Of a stretch of DNA of 64,000 nucleotides, positions 26,055-38,492 are shown one piece after another. The notes below the pieces were generated by a model, which was not told the origin of the DNA, did not search any database, and was given only the letters and a program-made list of their open reading frames with translations. The stretch is from Eledone cirrhosa (Eukaryota). The number at the start of each line of letters is the position of its first letter. Position 1 is the first letter of the stretch. The stretch covers positions 74,400,001-74,464,000 of the forward strand of contig OZ024741.1 in the NCBI GenBank assembly GCA_964016885.1, in the 5' to 3' direction. Both the position numbers and the translations under genes were made by a program.

Positions 26055-27142
26055 ATGAAATAGGTTCTATCGAATGCTCAGATGGCTCTCTAGAAATAGT
26101 TGACAGCTTCTGCTACCTGGGTAAGCAAATTACTCGTGAAGGTGGGTGTTTAGAAAGTACAGCCAGGGTGAGAACAGGTTATAAAACATTCAGGGAGCTA
26201 CTACCTAGGCTAGTTACAAAGGGGTTTTCTCTCAGAATGAAAGGGAGATGTTTGTATGCAAACCGCAATGCAAGACTTAGGCACTGAATGCAGAGGATCT
26301 GAGATGACTGGAAAGAAATGAGGCAAACATGCTCCAGTGGATGTGTAATAGTAGTGTAAAAGAATGAGATATTGTTAATAGGCTGAGAGAAAAACTGGGC
26401 ATAAGAAGGATCAAATGCAGAGTACAAAAGAGAAGATTGCACTGGTTTGGCTATATGATGTGTATGAAGGATAAGAACTGCATAAAGAGCTGCAAGTCCA
26501 AAGTTGAGGGAATCTGTGGAAGAGGGAGACCTAGGACAAAATGGTAAAGACTGACCGTAAAAAGTTGGGCACTGCAGAGGAGATGACACAACATTAAGAC
26601 GAAATGGTAAGACTCATATCCCTATACAGGTGGGGTGAAAGGCAGAAAGCTGTATCAACACCTAGGCTGCCTCTTCCAGCCTCTTCATTAGCTATTCATA
26701 CACTTGATCTCCCCCACCATAGGCATTCCTCCACCCTCTTTTCTCACCCACATCCCTGACTCCTACACAAAGATAGATGCACCTTAACTGTACTGTTTGA
26801 TGCTGCTTGTTCACTCTCTTCCTTTCCACAATACCTACCCTACGACCCAACATTCTCCCACAACTAACGCTGTCCAACTTATCCCCAAATTTCCATGCCA
26901 CGCTCCCCCCAGAAACACAATACTCCAGACATCACTCACTGACCTAAGACCCCCCCCCCCCTCACACCCATTCATGTGGTGAAATGGTTGGTGTTACAAA
27001 AGTCATCTAGCCATAGAAACTATGTCAAAATGGAATGTAGAAGTAATACACAGTTGTCTGACCTGTCTGTCCAGCCTCTACATGACAACTCATCTAACCC
27101 AAACAAGCATGGAAAATAGACATAAAACAGTGATAATGATGA
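26055..27142 (+). mobile_element. Older degenerate RTE family 1-like 3' fragment
   Basis: GSLEIVDSFCYLG and RVRTGYKTFRELLP, with stops, a C-rich UTR and a GAT tail. Similar old fragments occur at about 23525-23810 (+), 31810-32180 (+) and 46420-46620 (-). Confidence 0.78.
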
Positions 27143-28735
27143 TTATCATATATCATCATCCTCATTTACGTCCGTTCTTCCATGCTAGCATGGGTTAGAC
27201 GGGATATATATATATTAAAATAACAGATTAAAGTTTAAGCAAAGAATCGCTGCTTTCACCCTTAACAGGATTTTCATATGCTTACACACATATACATATA
27301 TCTTCCTTCTCCTATGCCCCCCCCCTCCCCCCACAGAGCAAAAAGGACTCTTCAGGTGGGAGAATAACCAACACCTTCTCTAGTGTTGGTGTCACAAAAA
27401 TGAATCCTGTTCAACCCGTAAGGTGGTTGGCAATAGGAAGAGCATTCTGCTGTAGAAACCATGCCAAAAGGGTGGGAACAATCCTTCAGCTGAGTCAATG
27501 GTAGAACCTCACTAATGTTGGTGATCTACACAATAAACACACCCGATAATTGCTGTAAATTGGTTGGTGATAGGAAGGGCATCAAGCCATAGAAAGCTTA
27601 CCAAACAAAGGGTTAGGAGAACCCTTTAGTTGTGTCAAAGACATGACAACCTGGTGCTGGTGATCTACACAATAAACGGACCCAGCCATAGAAAGCTTGC
27701 CAAACAAAATGTATGAACACTTCAGTTGTGTCAAAAACATGACAAATTCTCTAGTGCTGTGACCATGATAAAATGTTCTTGGTAAAGTGTGAGACTATGT
27801 AAGTGACATGAAGAACCTCGGCCTGTCTGTGTGGTCACTAACCCTGCTTCAGTACTGACTCATCCAACCTTTGCTAGCAGGGAATGCAGACATTAAGTGA
27901 TGATGATGATTATGAGGATGTATATACATACGCACATATATATATATATATAATTATATAAACCTCTAATGCTATCACATACAATGCTAACAGCCATTTG
28001 GATAACAGACAAATTAATTATAATATCTAGAAGTCTAGAGAATGAGAAAATAAAATATGGTGGTCATGATCAGACATACAACAGAGGGGGAATATTTTAC
28101 AGTTTATTATTATTAGAATGTTTTAAAATAGATAATAAAAGACATTTCAATTGCAGAATAAATTTCAATGTTATCATTTAAATATTTAAATATTTTTATT
28201 TTTACACTCTGTTAGCTTGGATTAAGTACGGCTGTCTACATGAAATAGACTTAAGTAAATTCAAAACCCCTGTGTTCATTGGTGTGGAAGTGCAGTAGTA
28301 GCAGTCACTTTTTAAACACTTTTGAGGGCATATTTCTATCAAGACAATACTGTTTTTCTGTTTTAATTATCAAAATAATCAACAATTTTCAGAGGTTTAA
28401 ATCTTAATTTGAACACTTTAATAGAAGCTATTTTTGGCAGGTTGGTATTTATAAGGTTAAGTCTGCTTTCAATGCTAAAGCAAAAGTTAGCCTTGCGAGA
28501 CCCTATGAGAGGTTTTTTTAAACAATGCATTATGGATGAATGCCGTAAGAGGCCATCATTTTCATTGTTGTCAGATTTTTAATATTTATCACACAATTTA
28601 CATTGTGGTAGCTTTCAAACAAAACGCTATGTGTGTGTGTGTGTGTCAAAAATAAAATACACAGAAAGAACAAAGCAAACGACACAGTACAATGAAGAAA
28701 TATATTAGTTTAACACTTGATATAGTAGGAAAAGA

Positions 28736-28773
28736 ATGTTAATGTTTCGGACACTAGTCCTTCATCAGAAGAT
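28736..28773 (-). ncRNA. Minimal hammerhead ribozyme motif, degenerate copy
   Basis: AUCUU-CUGAUGA-A-GGAC(UAGU)GUCC-GAAAC-AUU-AACAU. Core boxes and stem II are intact, but stems III and I are mutated relative to the copy at 41393. Confidence 0.6.
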
Positions 28774-28817
28774 AGAATTAGAAAGGTAAAACCATGCACA
28801 TATATATATAGATAGAG

Positions 28818-28947
28818 GTAGTTCCACAACAGTTAGTTCACCATAGCGAGAACAATTGTTTCACCTTATTTGGATCATCAGCTCTGATGATCCAAATAAG
28901 GTGAAACAATTGTTCTCGCTATGGTGAACTAACTGTTGTGGAACTAC
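28818..28947. repeat. Perfect inverted repeat with 64-bp arms and 2-nt spacer
   Basis: 28818-28881 is the exact reverse complement of 28884-28947 (checked base by base). Confidence 0.95.
28848..28884 (-). ncRNA. Minimal type I hammerhead motif (left arm of 64-bp palindrome; mirror copy on + at 28884-28917)
   Basis: GAG-CUGAUGA-UCC(AAAUAA)GGU-GAAAC-AAUU-GUU-CUC. Confidence 0.6.
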
Positions 28948-29072
28948 ATCTACCAAACTTGTCCCATGGACTGAGTCCTCTACTACTATGGATATAACCC
29001 AGCAGTGTTCTACTATTTTATATATATATATATATATATATAAATAGTAACAAAACAGTTAGTTCACCATAT

Positions 29073-29111
29073 CGAGAACAATTGTTTCACCTTATGCGGA
29101 TCTTCAGCTCG
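29073..29111 (-). ncRNA. Minimal type I hammerhead motif
   Basis: CGAG-CUGAAGA-UCC(GCAUAA)GGU-GAAAC-AAUU-GUU-CUCG, with a 4-bp stem I and palindromic stem III. Confidence 0.65.
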
Positions 29112-29221
29112 GACTGGTAATGGTTATATGGAACAGGAAGAACAACCGTATGAACACACATGCGCAGAAACAGTCACTTCACCCAAGCGATACAAAACCA
29201 CGGGCAAAAGGTGTAAGGGAG

Positions 29222-29421
29222 ATAATAATAATAATTGTTTCTACGTTTGGCATAAGGCCAGCAATTACCCAGAGCATTGGGTACTTTATTTTATCGACCC
29301 CGTAAGGATGAAAGGCAAAGTTAACCTCGGCGAGATTTGAACTCAGAATGGCAAGGGCCGTAATTCTATACGTCAAAGCATAGCGTCCGACCCTCTACCG
29401 ATACTGCCAATCCACCGCCCT
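29222..29421 (-). mobile_element. SINE family A full copy
   Basis: Reverse-complement match, flanked by GATAATAATAAT on both sides. Confidence 0.9.
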
Positions 29422-29425
29422 AGCG

Positions 29426-30340
29426 ATAATAATAATAATGAAATTATTGTGTAAAGTGCTCAGGTGCACTACAACTCGTCAAAAGTGCATGTATAGTACA
29501 TAGAATAATACACAAATGTCAGGGAAGTGAATAGTGTATGAGTCATGATATACATGTGTGTATGTGTATGGAGGGGGAACATTAGGTGTAGTGTTGGCGA
29601 ATCTCGGGAAGCATGGAGGCCTTAAAGGATGCAGTGTCTTGACAGCTAACAACCGATGCAGGTAGTTTGTTCCATGCTTCAGCAACTCTGAGCGTGAAAA
29701 AATGTTTCCGAAACTCATGGGAACTGTACTGTTTTCTGACTTTGTGGGCATGCCCACGTGTATTAGACACATGGAAATCAAAAAGGTACTCAGCGTTGTT
29801 GTTGGCAAGATGGTTAACAATTTTGTGGGTGTTTACCAAGTCAGTTGCCAGATGTCGGAGCTTCAATGAATCCATGCCCAGGGAAGCAAGGAGCTCAGAG
29901 TATGGTAGATGCCTGATGGAGGGTATTCGCTTGGTTGCACGTCTCTGAACAGTTTCCAGGAGGTTAATGTTCTGAGCAAGATAGGGGTTCCAGACTGGTG
30001 ATGCAAATTCTAAGTGTGGCCGCACCATAGCCATGTACAGCTTTAAATAGATGGCTGGAGAGCGGCTGACAAAGGTCTTGCTGAGTGATGCTAAGACACC
30101 CTTGGCCCTCTTGACAATTTTAGAGACGTGCTTCGTCCAACGCAAATCGCTGCTGACCATAATGCCCAGGTCACGTTCACAAGAAGACTTCTTGATATTA
30201 GTGCTGTGGAGGGAGTATGTGGACACTGGGTTTTTACTCCCAAAATGCATGGTGGTGCACTTGTCCACAGCTAGCTTGAGTTGCCAGTCTGAGATCCATT
30301 ATTGTATTGTTTCCAGGTCAGATTGCATGCAAGATCTATA
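29426..30340 (-). mobile_element. 5'-truncated CR1-type LINE (C-terminal ORF2, 228-aa frame 29582-30268)
   Basis: KCTTMHFG, ERDLGIMV, RPHLEFASPVWNPY, LETVQRRATK, TRGH and FFTLRVAEAWNKLP are CR1/L2-group motifs. (ATT)n tail. Confidence 0.9.
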
Positions 30341-32587
30341 ACTGCAAATGTCCGGAATAAAATGTTCGAGTTGATTAGAAATACGGATATTACCTTCCAG
30401 TGTCCTACTTCTCTCTATATATATCATCACTTTTTAATGTCCATTTTCCATGCTAGCATGTGTTAGACAAGTTGTCCCATTGTGAGACAAGTCAGCTCAG
30501 ATGACCATGTCTTGCTCATACAGGACTGTTTCTGGCTTGGTTTCTACAGCTGGATGCCCTTCCTAACACCAACCACATTTACAGTGTGGACTGGGCACTT
30601 TTTGTCATGGGACCAAAAAGACCACTTTACTGTGTGGACTCTTATGCTCAGTTTCTCTCTATGTTCAAGGTGTATAGCAGTCAAGGTGTTTAGCTTATGA
30701 TTGTAAGGTCAACAGTGTGATTCCTAGTGACACATTTTGTCCTTGAGCAAGACACTTTACTTAACATTGTTCCAGTCCATTCAGCTGGTAAAAACGACTA
30801 GTAGCTGTAATTCAAAGTACTAGTCTTGTTAAACTTTGTTATGCTGATTCTCTCTGAGAACTACATTAAGAGTACATGTTTATGAAATGCTCAGCCACTT
30901 GCATGTTGATTTCACAAGAAAGCTGTAGTGTTGATTGAATCAACTGAAAGTCTCACCATCAGAGTCAACAGAGATCCAATAGATGATATGGAATTTTTGT
31001 GAATTGATATTTATAAAAGATTTTCCACCAATAAACAAACAATTCAAGCCAATGTGGATATTTACTAAATTAAAGAAACACAACAAAACAAGAACAACAT
31101 AAAACAAGAAACAAAATATTTGTAATAAGACACTTTAGTCAGTCTGTTGCACATTAAAAATCAACAATAACAAATATTCAAATATCTGTATTAGTCCCCT
31201 GTGTCAGTAAAAAGAACAAAACAACTCTAGTTAAATTTATTTCTCTAAAGTTATCAACATTAATACAAATAACATTTTGCAAACAATTCTTCAAGGAAAT
31301 TAATTTTAATTTGAATAAAATTACTAAAAAGATCAATGTTAACTATTATCTCTCATCAACTCTTTTACTGGTTTCATTTATTAGACTATGGCCCAGCTGT
31401 GACACCACTTTTAATGGATTTAGTAAATCATATCAACTCCAAACTCAGTTTTTCAAGGCTTGTACTTATTTTATCAATATTGTAATTTTCCTAATTTTTC
31501 ATAAATTCTTTTTTTTTTATCAATCAAGTCAAAGAAATTTGTGGTAGAAGTAGGCTAAGGAAGACTTGAACAGAAGTAGTGGACGTGGATCTCAGGATCA
31601 TGAAAATCACAATGAAGATGACAAATAAAAGAAGTAAATATCAACCTAAGGTTGCTGAAACTCACAAAGGAGATGACACAGGAATGAGAAAAGTGGAGGG
31701 AAGGTGTACCAGAGAAGTGCTCAACCTATGAAAGCAATGATGATGAAACAAAAGTTTCCTTGGAATAGCAAATGTCAGCGTTTCAAAATATCTGTGTAAA
31801 GAGTGATGTTACATGTTAGTGAGCCAAGGGTATTGAACGTAAAGGATATGGAAAGATTGGGGAAAGTAGATGAAGCATGCTCTGTTGGATGTATAATCTT
31901 AGTGTGCATGAACAACAAAGCATATATAAACTGAGAGAAAGGCTATATATATGAGGTATCAAATGTAGCTTGCAAGTGCCATTAGTTCTAAATGGAAGGA
32001 AGTTGCATAAGCAAAAAACCAAGGAAGATCTGAGCAAAAAATAGAGAATGCAAACCATAGGATTCTGAAAGTCCTAAAAGAGACGACAGAGGAAGGAGAA
32101 AAGTGGAGGGAAGCTGTACTGGAGAGAACTTGTCTGACCCATGCAAGCATAGCAAACCAGACATAAAAATGATGATGATGAAATAATCGAATATTTTTTC
32201 CTTGGTTGATAGTTCACTTCATATTCAATTCAAAAATGAAAATTTTTCTGGACCTCTTAATGACTTTTGCCTCAGGATACTCATAATAAATGGTGTGTTT
32301 TACATAGTTATTATCAGAAACCAAATAATAAGAAGCTGTCAGAATTCCTTAAAATAAACATATATTAAAATATAAATATGGGTTTAAATAACTGCACAAA
32401 AAAAAGTGTTTATTGAATGTTTTAGGATATTTTCATTTTCTTGTCTTCTAGACAATACAAACATATTTTTGGGGTTGTTTTTACTTTCATTTCAATCACT
32501 CACACACACACACATCACACACATTACACACATGTGTGTGGGTGTATGTACATATATATATTATCATTATTATTATTGGCGAGTGAA

Positions 32588-33401
32588 GGGCAGTGAATTG
32601 GCAGTATCGGTAGAGGGTCGGACGCCATGCTTTGATGCATAGAGTTACAGCCCTTGCCATTCTGAGTTCAAATCCCGCCGAGGTTAACTTCGCCTTTCAT
32701 CCTTACGGGGTCGATAAAATAAAGTACCAGTAATACACTGGGTAATTACTGGCCTTGTGCCAAAAGTAGAAACAATTATTATTATTGGCAGTATCGGTAG
32801 AGGGTTGGATGCCATGCTTTGCAGCATAGAGTTATGGCTCTTTATGATCTGAGCTCAAATCCCGCCGAAGTTAACTTTGCTTTTCATCCTTATGGGGTCG
32901 ATAAAATAAAGTACCAGTCACGCACTGGGGTCGATTTAATCGACTTTCCCCTCCCCCCAAATTACTGGCCTTGTGCCTATATAACAAACCATTATTATTA
33001 TTGGCAGTATCAGTAGAGAGCTGGACGCCATGCTTTGCAGCATAGAGTTACGGTCCTTGCCATTCTGAGTTCAAATCCCGCCGAGGTTAACTTTGCCTTT
33101 CATCCTTACGGGGTCGATAAAATAAAGTACCAGTAATGCACTGGGTAATTGCTGGCCTTGTGCCAAAAAGTAGAAACAATTATCATTACATCGACCCCGT
33201 TAGGATGAAAGGCAAAGTTAACCTTGGCGGGATTTGAACTCAGATCATAAAGGGACGTAACTATGCTGGAAACCATGGCGTCCGACCCTCTACCGATATT
33301 GCCAATCCACCAATATTGATGATATATATATAAATAAAGTACCAGTAATACACTGGGATAATTGCTGGCCTTGTGCCAAAAGTAGAAACAATTATTATTA
33401 T
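32588..33401. mobile_element. Cluster of SINE family A: three tandem + copies and one internally inverted copy
   Basis: Heads at about 32588, 32785 and 33000 are joined through ATTATTATTGGCAG. Inverted segment at 33191-33311. Confidence 0.88.
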
Positions 33402-34539
33402 TTAATTTTTCTGAAAAGAAATTTGTCTTCATTTTATAGAAAAGATGTTTTAATTATTTTTACAGTATACACACATAATTACTTAAATAGTTTGTGTAGA
33501 TACGAACAGCAGCATTATGATATTTATCCTTTTCTTAACTCTTTAACTACCATATTTTTAATGAAAGAATTTGAACAGAATCAGTGAAATAACTATCTCA
33601 TTATTAAGCTAGTGTTTGATGTATGGTGGAGTTTATATAAAATCCTAATGCAAAGATTAATGGCTTTGTTTATACCAGTAACAATACAAACAACAATTAT
33701 AAATCACAAATAAATATATTACTCAGTGATGCCATCAGTATCTTTAACCCTTTAGCATTTAAATTGGCCGTATCTGGCCAAAACTCTTTCACTTGTTTCT
33801 GTTCAAACCGGCTGCTCATACTGATGTTAAGGTATTGTTCTCAACATAAATAATATCAAAATCTCATAGATTCAATATTATGTGAAATAATTATGAGAGG
33901 TAAAGCCTTTACCATTAAAATACAATAATAAATAGAGTAATACCTTTTATGGAATGTTTTTATGTAAATATAAACAATTTAAAATAAACAGCCTAGTACC
34001 ACAGAACCATGTGGTTTAGTGAGAAAATAGTTAAAAGATTTCTTTTAGTAAGAATTCATGAAAACTTTCCTACCGTTTCCTGATGCAAAGTATATTTCAG
34101 AAATATATATTTATATATGTACAGTCATCTCTCTCTCTCTCTCTCTCTCATATATGTATGTGTGTGTGTGTGAGTGTATGAGTACAGATATTGCCTAACA
34201 GTGGGGAGTACTATATTTGTAATATTTCCCCATACATGAAACAATGGCAGGCCTATTTTAAGAAGAAGCATTGTGAAACTGATTTATATGAAATGTGGTG
34301 GTGATGGGGCAGTGGTCCTTCTTGTAGCTGATGTATGAGATATCAACATGAAAAACAAGAACACATGGGGAGTTTGGAAGAAAATATTTTCATATTATTC
34401 ATGTATATATAAAACTTTTTCCTGTTTTTTTTTTAAAACTAAATAGTAGATGCAACTCCAACAATATATTTATTTACCAACATACCTAATGAAAATATCA
34501 TTGAGGATTTGTGAAAAAAACATCCTTCCAAATGAATTT

Positions 34540-34910
34540 TGTGCTGGTGCCACAATAAAAAAAATCACCCAGTGTATGAACAGAGACAATATGGAATAAA
34601 GAGGACTCTTTAGTCTTGCATGATAACTGCTCTGATGTTGGTGTCACAATATAAAGAACACATACATTTTGTAAAGTGTTAGCATTGGTACCATAATAAA
34701 ATATACCCACTACACCCTGTAATGTGGTAGTGTTGGTGCCATGATAAAATACACACAGTATACTCTGTAAAGGGTACTGGTGCTGCAAAAACAAAACACA
34801 AATAACACATAGTACACTCATTAAAGTGATGGTACTGGTGTTCCAAGAAAAATCACCCAGTACACTTTGTAAAGTGGTAATGCTGGTGCCATGATAAAAT
34901 CGACCCAATT
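34540..34910 (+). repeat. Degenerate tandem repeat of about 48 bp derived from the RTE 3' UTR
   Basis: Units like GGTGCCATGATAAAAT.CACCCAGTACACTCTGTAAAGTGGT run into an RTE-type end and GAT tail at about 35040. Confidence 0.7.
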
Positions 34911-35529
34911 AGGAAAGACATTCAGCCATAGACACCTTCCGAAAATGGAATGCATGAGTGAAACAAGGTTCTCCAAACTATCCCATCTCAAACCAAAACA
35001 GCCTATCCAACACATGCCCACATATAAAGTGGGCATATGATGATGATGATAATAAGGAGGAGGTGGTGAGCAGCCTCTGTGTGGTCACATGAAGTGAAAG
35101 AAAGAAGTGTCAAATTTCCCTAATATCATATCCCACTGTCCTAATCCTTTCCTTATCCTATTTCTAATGAAAGTCTACGTATGATTTTCAAACAATATTG
35201 AAAATAATCAAGAATTTGTAGTGATTTAGTAATATAACTAACTTTCTGATCATCAAATTTGGTGATTGGATTTAAACTTAAAGGTTCTAATATAAAATGA
35301 TGACAGAATGTTTTTAGATAAATATAAACATTTAAAAATAAGTAGTTTTGTATGTAGAACATGGAACAGTTTGGTATCAAAAAGTTTAATCATTTCATGA
35401 TCATATTTCTATTGAAATACACTGTATTTTAGTTAGTAAATAATTGGGCAGAGTTGACACTGGGTGTTGTCAAAAATTATTATTTTATAATCAAGATTGT
35501 ATTTGTATCATAATGTAATAACTTATTGC

Positions 35530-36190
35530 TGTTTGTTGTAATATAATTGTTTCTACAATAGGCACAAGGCCAGCAATTATCCCAGTGTATTACTGGTACT
35601 TTATTTAATCGAACCCCGTTAGGATAAAAGACAAAGTTAATCTCGACGGGATTTGAACTCAGAATGGCAAGGGTCGTAACTCTATGTGTCAAAGCATGGC
35701 GTCCGACCCTCTATCGATACTACCAATTCACCACCCTGTTTGTTGTAATATAATTGTTTCTACTATTTGGCACAAGGCCAGCAATTACCCAGTACATTAC
35801 TGGTACTTTATTTTATCGACCCCGTAAGGCTGAAAGGCAAAGTTAACCTCGGCGGGATTTGAACTCAGATCATAAAGGGACATAACTATGCTAGAAAGCA
35901 TGGTGTCTGACCCTCTACCGATACTGCCAATTCACCACTGTTTGTTGTAATATAATGATTTCTAGTATAGGTACAAGGCCAGTAATTTGGGGGAAGGGAA
36001 AGTCGCTTAAACTGACCCCGATACATTACTGGTGCTTATTTTATCAACTCCGTAAGGATGAAAGGCAAAGCTAACCTCGACGGGATTTAAACTCAGAATA
36101 TAAAAAGCCATAACTCTATGCTGCATAGCATGGTGTCAGATGCTCTACTGATACTGCCAATTCACCGCCCTATGTTTGTTGTAATATAAT
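35530..36190 (-). mobile_element. Three tandem SINE family A copies delimited by four identical 18-mers
   Basis: TGTTTGTTGTAATATAAT at 35530, 35737, 35939 and 36173. Confidence 0.92.
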
Positions 36191-36294
36191 AAAACTATGT
36201 TAGAAGATTTTACTTTAGTTAGGAATCCATTAAAGTAAAAAAGGTAGGAGTAGGGGTCCATAAAAAAGAACCAATACAATAAAAGATCACTTAC

Positions 36295-36369
36295 CTTTTC
36301 TAATAACCCCATACACTCTTTATGCGCAACAATTTTACAAGCGACACACTTTTTCCTTGGACCAGATTT
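36295..36369 (-). CDS. DGKZ: Coding exon (75 nt, phase 0/0) of type IV diacylglycerol kinase, core of C1A domain
   Basis: ttcattttattcttcAG|AAATCT...GAAAAG|GTaagt translates as [25 protein letters not shown] (compare recalled DGKZ [25 protein letters not shown]). In frame with both neighbouring exons. Confidence 0.95.
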
Positions 36370-36709
36370 CTGAAGAATAAAATGAAAGAAAATAACAAAT
36401 TAATATCTGTGATTAAACAAACTAATATCTGATGATAAAATAACCAATATTCCTCAACTGAAAATAGTCAATAAACACACACACATATGACATATTTCCA
36501 TGTTACTCCTATTACTACTACTACTACCACAACAACAACAGTCAATTATCATCCAACTGTAGACAACCTACTACTCTAATAGGCTTGCAAGCAATGTATT
36601 TGATATATATATTTGTGAATGTGTGCATACATATATATATAATTCTATAAGTTACTTACTGCTTTGTTTATATATATTTATAAGGTATGACTATCTTATA
36701 ATTATAATA

Positions 36710-38492
36710 ACGGTTTCTGAATTAGGCACGAGGCCAGCAATTTTTGGAGAAAGGGGAAAGTCAATTAAATTGACTCCAGTGCATGACTGGTAATATATTT
36801 TATCGACTCTGTACAGATGAGAAGCAAAGCAAACCTCGCCTTATAACAATAATGCATTTTGATTTAGGCACAAGAAATGTTAGGGGAAGGGAAGGTCGAT
36901 CAAATCGACCCCAGTGTGTTACTGGGGTTTTAGTTTATTGACTCCGAAAGGATGAAAGGCAAAGCAAACCTCAGCGGGATTTGAAATCAGAACGTAATTA
37001 TATGCTGCAAAGCATTTGGTCCGACGCTCTACCAATTCTGCCAATCCAATAATGAGATCATTAATAGTAGTGTGTAAGGATTTAGGCACATACATAAGTA
37101 TGCGCTGACCGGTGTGGATGCATGAAGATATAGTGTATGATAATCATACACACACATATACATATATAAACATGGACATATGTGCATGTATGTGTATTTG
37201 CATGTGCACACACAAATGTATACATACATGTGAGATGTAAATTTCATTTTCTTTTTAAACAGATTTTTAAATTGCTTAATATAGAAAATATATTTTGGGA
37301 TATCCTCTCCATCTTTGTCTTAAGAGATATGTTAAAAGCATGCTTAAAAAATCTGGTTGAAGCTAAATTCAGCACATGGAGACAAAATAATAATAATGGT
37401 TTCTACTTTAGGGACAAGGCCAGCAATTTGAAGGGGAGGGGAAAGTCGATTAAAACAACCCCAGTGCGTGACTGGTACTTTAATTTATCAACCCCGTAAG
37501 GATGAAAGGCAAAGTTAATAAAAAATAATTGTTTCTGCTTTAGGCACAAAGCCAGCAATTTGAAGGGGAGAGGAAAGTTGATTAAATTGACCCCAGTGCA
37601 TAAATGGTGCTTTTATTTTTCGACTCCGTAAGGATGAAAGGCAAAACTATGCCACAAAGCATAGTGTTCAATGCTCTATTGATACTGCCAATCCATTGCT
37701 AATAATAATAATAATAATAATGTTCGCTTTCCATGCTAGCATGGGTTGGCTTGATGATCATAGTTTGAATCAGTCCTTATTCAATTTTACTGCTCTCCTA
37801 GATGGGACATCCTGTGCACTCTGTAAGGGGTTGATATTAGGAAGGGCATCCAGCCATAGAAACCATGGTAAAAATGGAATGTATAAGTAAGGTGTGGCTC
37901 TCGAACCCATCTTGTTTCAGTCCATGATGACTCATCCAATGTATGCTAGCATGGAAAATGGACATAAATTGATGATAAGTTATGACAAAAAGAAGCTAGT
38001 CATAATTTCAATCATTGACAAAAAAGAAAAAGGAAAACAAAATCACCAATAATAATTTTACAGGATCTGTGATCAATGATATTGACCAATGGGACTGCCA
38101 TATTTCATCTGATCAATTTAACTCAAAATAAATATCAATATATCAGAACATTTTTATTATAGAATCTGTGAAAAAATAAATGGTCATGAGAATGATATAA
38201 TTATTTGTATGATTATTAAAATAAATATAAGATATCTGGTTGACTTACGAAGCATTGGGAAATTTGAAATTATAGTCACTACAATACAAATAACTACAAT
38301 AATTGTTTTTACTTTTGGCACAAGGCTAGCAATTATGCCAGTGCATTACTGGTGCTTTATTTTATTGACCCCAGTAAGGATGGATGGCAAAGTTAATCTT
38401 GGCGAGATTTGGGCTCAAACCGTAAATGGGCGTAACTCTATGCTGCAAAGCATGGCATTTGACCTTCTACCGATACTACCAATCCACCACCC
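36710..38492 (-). mobile_element. Several partial or older SINE family A copies
   Basis: Repeated GGCACAAGGCCAGCAAT and GGATGAAAGGCAAAG blocks at about 36710-37045, 37390-37695 and 38300-38492. Confidence 0.75.
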
